This document shows positions 37,776-45,809 of a stretch of 64,000 nucleotides of DNA, piece after piece. Origin of the DNA: an uncultured Chloroflexia bacterium (GTDB lineage Bacteria; Chloroflexota; Limnocylindria; Limnocylindrales; CSP1-4); assembly GCA_963749705.1 (NCBI GenBank), contig CAVVNQ010000004.1, forward strand, positions 64,001-128,000. Reading direction: 5' to 3'. The translations under genes and the position numbers were made by a program. Every line of letters starts with the position of its first letter. Within the stretch, counting starts at the first letter, position 1. Below the pieces are notes generated by a model, which saw only the letters and a list, made by a program, of their open reading frames with translations, was not told the DNA's origin and made no database searches.

Positions 37776-38674
37776 CGAGCCAATGGACCGGATCCTCGGG
37801 CGGCGTGGACTGGGTGCTGCGGCTCGACCGCGACCGGCTGCTGCCGGGGCGCCTCGTGGGCGGGCATGTGACGGTGGCCGCGCGGCGCGCGGTGGAGGCT
37901 CGCGGGCTGGTCGTGACGCTGCGCGGCGAGGAGCACTGGAAGTACCACGTCACGACGACGGACAGCGAGGGCCACAGCCACACGGAGACCCGCACCGGGC
38001 ACCAGGACCAGCCGCGCGTCCCGGTGCTCGCGGTGGCGCCCATCCGGCTCGCCGCGGGGGAGACCCGCGAGCTCGACATCCAGATCCCCGTCCCGGGTCT
38101 CGGCCCGGCCACGCTCGAAGCCGACGTCGCGGGCGTCTCCTGGGCCGTCGAGGCCAAGCTGGACATCGAGGGCGGACGCGACAGCTCGATCGAGGTGCCG
38201 GTGCGCATCCTCCAGCCGACCGCGCTGCTGCGCGCCGGCGTGGTCCACGTGGGCGAGTTCGCCCTGTTCGAGGCAGCGGACGCGCAGGCAGGCGGCGTCA
38301 CCGGCTCCATTCGCATCGACCCCGTCCCCCTGGTCCCGGGGGAGCCGTTCCGCGGCCAGCTCTCGCTGCGGCCTTCGTCGCCGATGCGACTCCAGGAGAT
38401 CCGGATGGAGCTCCGGGTGAGGGTCGAATCCACCGTCTCCGGCGGGTTCGACCAGACGCTCGTGCCCTGGTCGGCCGTCGTGGCACCCGCGATGGAGCTG
38501 GCGTCGGACCAGGTGGTCGAGGTCGCGGGGACCGTGCCGGATGTTGCCCTGCCCACGATCGAGCTGCCCCACGGGCGCGCCGCCGCCGAGCTGCACGTGA
38601 TCCTCGCGCGTGCCTGGGCGCGCGATCCACACCTCGTGCGGGACCTGGCGATCGCGACCACACGGGAGCTCTGA
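37772..38674 (+). CDS. Hypothetical protein with two beta-sandwich halves, arrestin/SpoOM-like
   Basis: ATGA-coupled to the regulator. Halves show parallel patterns: PGRLVGGHVTV..VVTLRGEE..PATL..VSWAVEAKLD and PGEPFRGQLSL..IRMELR..LPTI..AELHVIL. Confidence 0.65.
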   Translation: MTSQWTGSSGGVDWVLRLDRDRLLPGRLVGGHVTVAARRAVEARGLVVTLRGEEHWKYHVTTTDSEGHSHTETRTGHQDQPRVPVLAVAPIRLAAGETRELDIQIPVPGLGPATLEADVAGVSWAVEAKLDIEGGRDSSIEVPVRILQPTALLRAGVVHVGEFALFEAADAQAGGVTGSIRIDPVPLVPGEPFRGQLSLRPSSPMRLQEIRMELRVRVESTVSGGFDQTLVPWSAVVAPAMELASDQVVEVAGTVPDVALPTIELPHGRAAAELHVILARAWARDPHLVRDLAIATTREL

Positions 38675-38717
38675 CGCCGGCGCCCGCTCCCCCGCGGATG
38701 CGGCGGACGGGTGCCCG

Positions 38718-40136
38718 TCAGCCCTCGAGCCGGGACCTCGCCTCCGCCAGCGCCGCGGCAACGCGCGCCGGCGCCGTCCCACCGGTGACATCCGCGCTCG
38801 CCAGGGCTCCTTCGATCGTCGTCGCGGCGCGGAGCTGGGCCACGATCCCCTTCTGGCGACGGAGCCCCCGCGCGACCGGATCGTCGCTGCCGTCGAGCGC
38901 CGACCTGAACGCCTCGTCGGGCAGTGCCGCGAGCGTCGCAACTCCCTCGGCCTCGGCGCCCCCGACGAGCCCCCCGACGATGTGGTGGGCGGCACGGAAC
39001 GGGACCCCGCGCATGACCAGCGCGTCGGCAAGCGCGGTCGCCGTCGTGTAGCCCTCCTCCGCCGCGGCCTGCATTCGGGCCCGGTCGATGACGAGCGTCT
39101 CGATCAGCCCGGCCATCACCCCCAGCGACGCGTCGAGCGTCGACACGGCGGCGAACAGCGGCGGCTTGTCCTCCTGGAGGTCGCGCTGGTAGGCCAGCGG
39201 CAGCCCCTTGAGCAGCGTGAGCATGCCCGCCAGGGCGCCGATGACGCCGGCGGCGCGCCCGCGGACGAGCTCCGCCGGATCCGGGTTCTTCTTGTTGGGC
39301 ATCATCGACGACCCGGTCGAGAACGCGTCGGCGACGTGGACGAACCCGAACCGGGGGTTGGACCACCAGGTGATCTCCTCGGCCAGGCGGCTGAGGTGGA
39401 CCATCGCGAGGGCCACCGCTGCCAGCACCTCGACCACGAAGTCACGGTCGGACACGGCGTCGAGCGAGTTGGCCGTCACGCCGTCGAAGCCGAGCTCCGC
39501 GGCGGTGGTCTCGCGGTCGAGCGGGTATCCCGCGCCGGCCAGCGCACCGGCTCCCAGGGGCGAGACGTTGAGCCGGCGGCGGGCATCGAGGAGGCGGCCC
39601 CGGTCACGCTCGAGCATCTCGACGTAGGCCAGCAGGTGATGCGCGAGGAGCACCGGCTGGGCGGGCTGGATGTGGGTCGTGCCGGGCAGCACGGCGTCGC
39701 CCTCGCGCTCGGCGAGGTCCACCAGCGCCTGCTCCAGGCCGACGATCCCCGCGACGAGCCGGTCCACGGCACGCCGGGTCCACAGCCGGAGGTCGGTGGC
39801 GACCTGGTCGTTGCGCGAGCGTCCGGTATGCAGCTTGCCGCCCACGCTGCCGACGCGCTCGGTGAGCAGCGTCTCCAGGTTCATGTGGACGTCCTCGAGG
39901 GCCGGATCCCAGGCGATGGCTCCAGCTTCGACGTCCTCGCGCAGCCCGACCAGCCCGCGCTCGAGGACCGCGACCTCGTCCTCGGTCAGCAGCCCGGCGC
40001 GCCCGAGCCCGCGGACGTGCGCGATCGAGCCGGCGATGTCGTCCAGCGCGAGCACCGCATCGATCTCGATCGAGCGCGTGAACTCCGCCATCCGCGCGTC
40101 CGGCCCCTCGCCGAACCGACCGCCCCACAACTGCAT
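38718..40136 (-). CDS. argH: Argininosuccinate lyase
   Basis: MQLWGGRF, EDVHMNLE, KLHTGRSRNDQVATD, PGTTHIQPAQP, PLGAGALAG, STGSSMMPNKKNPD, KGLPLAYQRDLQEDK. Confidence 0.96.
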   Translation of the reverse strand: MQLWGGRFGEGPDARMAEFTRSIEIDAVLALDDIAGSIAHVRGLGRAGLLTEDEVAVLERGLVGLREDVEAGAIAWDPALEDVHMNLETLLTERVGSVGGKLHTGRSRNDQVATDLRLWTRRAVDRLVAGIVGLEQALVDLAEREGDAVLPGTTHIQPAQPVLLAHHLLAYVEMLERDRGRLLDARRRLNVSPLGAGALAGAGYPLDRETTAAELGFDGVTANSLDAVSDRDFVVEVLAAVALAMVHLSRLAEEITWWSNPRFGFVHVADAFSTGSSMMPNKKNPDPAELVRGRAAGVIGALAGMLTLLKGLPLAYQRDLQEDKPPLFAAVSTLDASLGVMAGLIETLVIDRARMQAAAEEGYTTATALADALVMRGVPFRAAHHIVGGLVGGAEAEGVATLAALPDEAFRSALDGSDDPVARGLRRQKGIVAQLRAATTIEGALASADVTGGTAPARVAAALAEARSRLEG

Positions 40137-40270
40137 GAAGCCTCCGTGCCGCGTAGGGAGCCATCGTACCGGGTGTCCATGGCGGGATCGGGCGGAACGC
40201 GGTCGCCGCGTGCCGCGGCCGGAGCGGTGCGACCGGGGCCACCGCGCGGTGGCCGCGGCCGATGGCGGCA

Positions 40271-40324
40271 AGGCTCAGCGCGCGGCCGACGGCGCGCGGC
40301 GAGGCTCAGCGCGCGGCCGACGGC
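40271..40324. repeat. 23-bp direct duplication of the galT 3' end
   Basis: AGGCTCAGCGCGCGGCCGACGGC at 40271-40293 and 40302-40324. Confidence 0.8.
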
Positions 40325-41364
40325 ACCACGGCGCGCAGGCGCTCGGCGGCCTCCTCGGCCGTCAGGTCCCGCTGCGGCTCGGCGAGCAGCTCGTAGCCGA
40401 CCATGAACTTGCGCACCGTGGCCCGCAGCAGCGGCGGGTAGAAGTGCGCGTGCACCTGCCAGTGCCCGGTCTCCGCGCTGCCGAACGGCGCCTGGTGCCA
40501 GCCCATCGAGTACGGGAACTGGCGCCCGAACAGCGCGTCGTAGCGGCGGGTGAGGTCCCGCAGCGCCGCCGCCAGCGCGTCGCGGTCCTCGTCGCCGACG
40601 TCGGCCAGCCGGGATGCCGGGAAGCGCGGGATGAGCAGCGTCTCGAACGGCCACGCGGCCCAGAACGGGACGACGGCCAGCCACGCCCCGTGGGCCGCGA
40701 CGACGCGCGGTCCGTCACGCTCGGCAGCCGCGTAGTCCGCGAGCAGGCGTCGTCCGTGGTCGGCGAGGTATCGCGACTGGGACTCGTCCTCGCGGGTCGC
40801 CTCCACCGGAAGCGCGTCGCCCGACCAGATCTGGCCGTGCGGGTGCGGGTTGGACGCGCCCATCGCCTCGCCCCGGTTCTCGAACACCTGGACCCACCGG
40901 TAGTCACGACCGAGCTCGGTCGTCTGCTCCGCCCAGACGTCGATGACGCCCCGGATCTCGGCCTCCGACATCCCCGCCAGGGTCAGGTCGTGACGCGGCG
41001 AGAAGCACACGACCCGGCACGTGCCACGCGTGCCCTGGGCACGGAACAGGCCGTCACCCAGGCGCACCGCCGACGTGTCCGGCCGGAGCGCGGCGAAGTC
41101 GTTGGTGAACACGAACGTGCGGTCGTAGGCCGGGTTGACCTCGCCGTTGACGCGGGTGTTGCCCGGACACAGGTAGCACTCCGGGTCGAATGCCGGCCGA
41201 TGCTCGGGCGGCTCCGGCTCCTCGGCGCCCAGCCACGGCCGGAGCGTCCGTCCCGCGGAGACCAGCACCCATTCGCCGGTCAGGGCGTTGAAACGGCGGT
41301 GGGGCTCGTCATCGAGCGCCCCGAGCGCCTCGTCGTCCGGCCTCGCAGCCGGGTCAGTTGGCAC
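40306..41364 (-). CDS. galT: Galactose-1-phosphate uridylyltransferase
   Basis: [68 protein letters not shown]. Confidence 0.96.
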   Translation of the reverse strand: MPTDPAARPDDEALGALDDEPHRRFNALTGEWVLVSAGRTLRPWLGAEEPEPPEHRPAFDPECYLCPGNTRVNGEVNPAYDRTFVFTNDFAALRPDTSAVRLGDGLFRAQGTRGTCRVVCFSPRHDLTLAGMSEAEIRGVIDVWAEQTTELGRDYRWVQVFENRGEAMGASNPHPHGQIWSGDALPVEATREDESQSRYLADHGRRLLADYAAAERDGPRVVAAHGAWLAVVPFWAAWPFETLLIPRFPASRLADVGDEDRDALAAALRDLTRRYDALFGRQFPYSMGWHQAPFGSAETGHWQVHAHFYPPLLRATVRKFMVGYELLAEPQRDLTAEEAAERLRAVVPSAAR

Positions 41365-42212
41365 GGATCGACACCCCCATGGCCGAAAGCTCGTCGTCCG
41401 CGACCACTACGGCATCGGCTTCCTCCTGGGCGCCTTCGCCGGCATCGACGACGACGACCTCGGGGACCGCATCCCGGAGGATGCCCAGGGCCTCGTCCGT
41501 CCAGCCCACTGTCGGTAACCACGACATCCGCCTGGTCGAGACGCGCGATCGTCGCGATCCCGACGACCCCCCATTTCGCGTGATCCGCGACCACGATGAG
41601 CCGGCGGCTCGCGTCGATCAGCGCCCGGTCCGTCTCGGCCTCGCTCAGGTTGGGACACGTGAACCCGGCATGCGCATCCATCCCGTGGACGCCCATGAAC
41701 GCGAGATCGAGGTGGACGGTACGAATCTGGGCGACGGCGAACGGCCCGACCAGCGCCTCCGAGCGGGTGCGTACGCCGCCGGTGAGGATCACCGTCTGGT
41801 CGCGCCGCCCGGTGCGGTGCAGCACGTCCGCGACCCGGATGGAGTTGGTCACGATGGTCACGCCCGGCACCTCGGCGACCCTGCGCGCGAGCACGTGGGT
41901 GGTGGTCCCGGCCGAGATCGCGATCGACATGCCCGGCTCGACCAGCTCCACCGCGGCGGCGGCGATCGCCGACTTCTCTGCCTGCTGCAGCGAGGTCTTC
42001 GCGGTGAAGCCGGGCTCGTACGAGGCCAGCCCGGACAGCGCCGTCGCACCGCCGTGCACCTTCTCGAGCAGACCCTGCTCGTGGAGCACCTCGAGATCGC
42101 GACGAACCGTCATGTCGGAGACGTCGAGCTCCCGCGCGAGCTCGACCACGCGGACCGCGCCCGACGCGCGGACGCGATCGAGGATGAGTGCCTGACGCTG
42201 GCGGGCGAGCAT
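41354..42212 (-). CDS. DeoR/GlpR family regulator with a +1 frameshift near 41497
   Basis: [11 protein letters not shown]...[11 protein letters not shown]...[27 protein letters not shown]. Removing one G restores [18 protein letters not shown] and a stop at 41354 overlapping the galT start. Confidence 0.9.
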
Positions 42213-42293
42213 CGCTCCGGCGTTTCCTCGAGGTCGTGTCGATCGCGCTGGGCCCGACGCTCCGGCCCGCGATCGACCGACCGGCGCATTATC

Positions 42294-42393
42294 ATCTTGA
42301 TCCCGGAAAGCACCTAAGTCAACGCACTCGCACAAAAAAAGTTGTTCGAATCCGCGCGAGTCTCTTGACATTGCGCAATCTGGTCGCAACAAT
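42294..42393. promoter_or_regulatory. AT-rich divergent promoter region of the galactoside locus
   Basis: + strand TTGACA (42365)-N17-AACAAT with palindrome ATTGCGCAAT (42370-42379); minus strand TTGACT (42322-42317); A7 tract between them. Confidence 0.6.
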
Positions 42394-42451
42394 CCCACTT
42401 GTCGGCCCGGCCCGCATGTGCATCGCGGAAGGTCGCGGAGGAGGTTTCAGC

Positions 42452-43822
42452 ATGGCTGATCACGACGGCCACCTTTCCGTCACGCGCCGCCAGGTGCTCA
42501 AGGGAGGCGCTGCTGTCGCGGCGCTGGGCGGAGTCTCCGCCTTCCTCGCGGCCTGCGGCTCCGCGGGCGCGACCACGGCGCCCCCGGCCTCGTCAACCGC
42601 ACCGGCTGCGTCTGCTGCCCCGCCCGAGTCCATGGCCCCGGTCACGGGCAGCCTGACGTTCGGGTCGAACTACTCCGACCAGGTCCCCAAGGACGCGATG
42701 CAGGCCGTCGTCGACGCCTTCACCGCGAAGACGAGCATCACCGTCAACGTCAACACGGTCGAGCACGGCAAGTTCCAGGACACGATCAACGCGTACCTGC
42801 AGGCGACACCGGACGATGCGTTCACCTGGTTCGCCGGCTACCGGATGCAGTTCTTCGCCGCCCAGGGCCTGGCCCTCGATATCAGCGACGTCTGGAGTCA
42901 GGTCGGCTCGAACTTCACCGACCCCATCAAGGCCGCCTCGACCGGCGCCGACGGCAAGCAGTACTTCGTCCCGTTCTACAACTACCCGTGGGGCGTCGCG
43001 TACCGGAAGAGCTTCTTCACCGAGAAGGGCTACACGGTCCCCAAGACACTCAGCGAGTTCACGGCGCTTGGCGACAAGATGAAGGCCGATGGGCTCATCC
43101 CGCTCGCGTTCGGCGATAAGGACGGCTGGCCCGCGATGGGCACGTTCGACATCCTCAACATGCGGATGAACGGCTACGACTACCACATCGGGCTCATGGC
43201 CGGCAAGGAGAAGTGGACGGACGCGAAGACCAAGGCCGTGTTCCAGAAGTGGGCGGAGCTGCTCCCCTACTTCGATCCGCAACCGTTGGGCAAGACCTGG
43301 CAGGAGGCCTGCCAGGACATGCTCAGCAATAAGGCCGGCATGTACTTCCTCGGCACCTTCCTGGGCGAGCAGGCAACCGACCCGGCTGTCCATGACGATC
43401 TGGACATGTTCCCGTTCCCGGTCTTCGGGAACGAGTACGACAGCGAGATGGCGATCGACGCCCCGATCGACGGGTTCATGGTGGCCGCGAAGGCGGTCAA
43501 CGTGGACCAGGCGAAGGCGTTCCTGGAGTACCTGGCGACCGGCGAGGCCGAGGGCATCTTCCTCAAGTCGAGCCCCAACAACGTGTTTGTCGGCAAGGAC
43601 GGCGACACGAGCACCTACACGGCGTGGCAGACGACGGCGGCTGGGATCCTCGCCGGATCCAACAAGCTCGCCCAGTTCATGGACCGGGACACCAGGCCGG
43701 ACTTCGCGGGCGCGAACGGGATGCAGGGGTTCATCCAGAACTTCCTGGGCGACCCGTCGCAGGACCTGGACAAGTTCCTGTCCGGCATCCAGGACTTCTA
43801 CGACAGCCTGCCGCCGCAGTGA
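42452..43822 (+). CDS. Carbohydrate ABC transporter substrate-binding lipoprotein, Tat signal
   Basis: VTRRQVLKGG twin-Arg, FLAAC lipobox, DAFTWFAGYRM, DGKQYFVP...WGVAYRKS; SD GGAGGAGG. Confidence 0.92.
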   Translation: MADHDGHLSVTRRQVLKGGAAVAALGGVSAFLAACGSAGATTAPPASSTAPAASAAPPESMAPVTGSLTFGSNYSDQVPKDAMQAVVDAFTAKTSITVNVNTVEHGKFQDTINAYLQATPDDAFTWFAGYRMQFFAAQGLALDISDVWSQVGSNFTDPIKAASTGADGKQYFVPFYNYPWGVAYRKSFFTEKGYTVPKTLSEFTALGDKMKADGLIPLAFGDKDGWPAMGTFDILNMRMNGYDYHIGLMAGKEKWTDAKTKAVFQKWAELLPYFDPQPLGKTWQEACQDMLSNKAGMYFLGTFLGEQATDPAVHDDLDMFPFPVFGNEYDSEMAIDAPIDGFMVAAKAVNVDQAKAFLEYLATGEAEGIFLKSSPNNVFVGKDGDTSTYTAWQTTAAGILAGSNKLAQFMDRDTRPDFAGANGMQGFIQNFLGDPSQDLDKFLSGIQDFYDSLPPQ

Positions 43823-43853
43823 TCACCAGCTGAGGCCAACGAACGAGCGCCCC

Positions 43854-44864
43854 ATGACGCAGTCCGTTCCGCAGAGCGCCCCGCCGGCCAGCACCGGCGG
43901 GGCGTCCCTGTCCCAGGGCCCATCGGCCACGGGTCCGCGTCGCTCACGGCGGCGGTTCAGCCTGCTCACGCGTCGCGACAAGGTGACCCTGGCGCTCATG
44001 GTCGGGATCCCGGCCTTCATCCACATCTTCCTGATCTGGCTGCCGACCCTGGGCTCGATCATCCTGTCATTCACCGACTGGAACGGCATCGGCGGGCTGG
44101 ACAAGATCAAGTTCGTCGGGCTCAAGAACTACGACACTCTGGTCAACCTCTACCAGCCGTTCTGGCCTGCGCTCCAGAACAACATCATCTGGCTGGTGGT
44201 GTTCCTGTTCATCGCCACGCCGCTGGGCATGCTGATGGCCGTGATCCTGGACCAGAACATCCGGGGCACCCGGATCTACCAGAGCGTGCTGTACATGCCG
44301 GTCGTGCTGTCACTGGCGATCGTCGGCTTCATCTGGGAGCTGATCTACTCCCCCGGCCAGGGGTTCATCAACAACATGCTGGTCCTGGTCACCGGCGACC
44401 AGCGGTGGGTCACATCGGGCACCACGATCGACTGGCTGGGGACCCGCGGGCTCAACTTCGCCGCCGTGATGGTCGCCGCCAGCTGGCGCCACGTCGGCTA
44501 CATCATGGTCCTCTACCTGGCGGGGCTGAAGAGCGTGGACAACACACTCCGGGAGGCGGCCTCGATCGACGGTGCGAACGCCCGCCAGACGTTCTTCCGG
44601 GTGGTGTTCCCGGTCCTCGCGCCGATCAACGTCGTGGTCCTGGTGGTGACCGTGATCGAGTCGCTGCGCGCGTTCGACATCGTGTACATCATCAACAAGG
44701 GCCTCAACGGCCTCGGTCTGCTGTCGGTCCTGATCACCACGAACCTGCTGGGTGAGGCGAGCCTGGTCGGGTTCGGGTCCGCGATCGCGGTGATCCTGCT
44801 GCTGATCTCGATCGGCCCGATCAGCTTCTACCTGTACCGGGTGCTGCGCGAGGAGCCGGCGTGA
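43854..44864 (+). CDS. Carbohydrate ABC transporter permease
   Basis: SFTDWNG, FVGLKNY, EAA loop LREAASIDGA. Confidence 0.93.
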   Translation: MTQSVPQSAPPASTGGASLSQGPSATGPRRSRRRFSLLTRRDKVTLALMVGIPAFIHIFLIWLPTLGSIILSFTDWNGIGGLDKIKFVGLKNYDTLVNLYQPFWPALQNNIIWLVVFLFIATPLGMLMAVILDQNIRGTRIYQSVLYMPVVLSLAIVGFIWELIYSPGQGFINNMLVLVTGDQRWVTSGTTIDWLGTRGLNFAAVMVAASWRHVGYIMVLYLAGLKSVDNTLREAASIDGANARQTFFRVVFPVLAPINVVVLVVTVIESLRAFDIVYIINKGLNGLGLLSVLITTNLLGEASLVGFGSAIAVILLLISIGPISFYLYRVLREEPA

Positions 44865-45763
44865 CCGCGGCCACGCTCCCGCACGCCCAGGCCACCGTCG
44901 CCAGGAAGAAGGGGCGTCGGCCGAAGTACGGCACCCACGCGTTCCTGATCGCGATGTGCGTGCTGTGGATCTTCCCGCTCGCGTGGACGATCTACACCGC
45001 GTTCCGGCCCTACGGCGAGACGGCCCGGCTGGGCTACGTGTCGGTCGGCGGTGCCTACAACCTCGACAACTTCTTCAACGCCGCCAAGGGGATGGACCTG
45101 TGGCTGCACCTGTTCGACACGCTGATCGTGGTCGTGCCGGCGATGATCCTGGTCCTGTTCTTCGCGTCCATGATCGCGTTCGCGGTGTCGCGCTACAGCT
45201 TCCGGTTCAACGTCGCGATGCTGATGCTGTTCACGGCCGGCAACCTGCTGCCCCAGCAGGTCGTGATCACCCCGCTGTACCGGATGTACCTCGCGCTGCC
45301 GCTGTTCTCGCCGCTGGCCGACCGCGGGATCTGGTACGACACGTTCTTCGGGATGATCGCGATCCATATTGCGTTCCAGCTCGGGTTCTGCACGTTCGTG
45401 CTGTCCAACTACTTCAAGCAGGTTCCCAAGGAGATCAACGAGGCGGCAGTGATGGACGGGGCGTCCGTGTGGAAGACCTACTGGTCCGTGCTCCTGCCGC
45501 TCACCCGCCCGGCGCTGGCGGCGCTTGCCACGCTCGAGTTCACATGGATCTACAACGACTTCTTCTGGGGCCTCCTGCTCATGCGGACGGGCGCCAAGTT
45601 CCCGATCACCCCGGCCCTCAGCCAGCTGTCGGGCCAGTTCTTCACCGACAACAACCTGCTCGCGGCGGGGGCGCTTCTCGTTGCGTTGCCGACGCTGATC
45701 GTGTACTTCGCGCTCCAGAAGCACTTCGTCGCCGGCCTGACCCTGGGCTCGACCAAGGGCTGA
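44861..45763 (+). CDS. Carbohydrate ABC transporter permease
   Basis: EINEAAVMDGAS, FTWIYNDFFW, LQKHFVAGLTLG. Confidence 0.93.
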   Translation: MTAATLPHAQATVARKKGRRPKYGTHAFLIAMCVLWIFPLAWTIYTAFRPYGETARLGYVSVGGAYNLDNFFNAAKGMDLWLHLFDTLIVVVPAMILVLFFASMIAFAVSRYSFRFNVAMLMLFTAGNLLPQQVVITPLYRMYLALPLFSPLADRGIWYDTFFGMIAIHIAFQLGFCTFVLSNYFKQVPKEINEAAVMDGASVWKTYWSVLLPLTRPALAALATLEFTWIYNDFFWGLLLMRTGAKFPITPALSQLSGQFFTDNNLLAAGALLVALPTLIVYFALQKHFVAGLTLGSTKG

Positions 45764-45809
45764 CATGCGACCCCCGGCCACCTGGGCCGGGTCGAGGAGG
45801 AACCGCACG

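Noticed and set aside
40252-40324. galT 3'-end duplication as an integration (att) scar
   Set aside because: The copies are only 31 bp apart with nothing inserted and no integrase nearby; local slippage is more likely.
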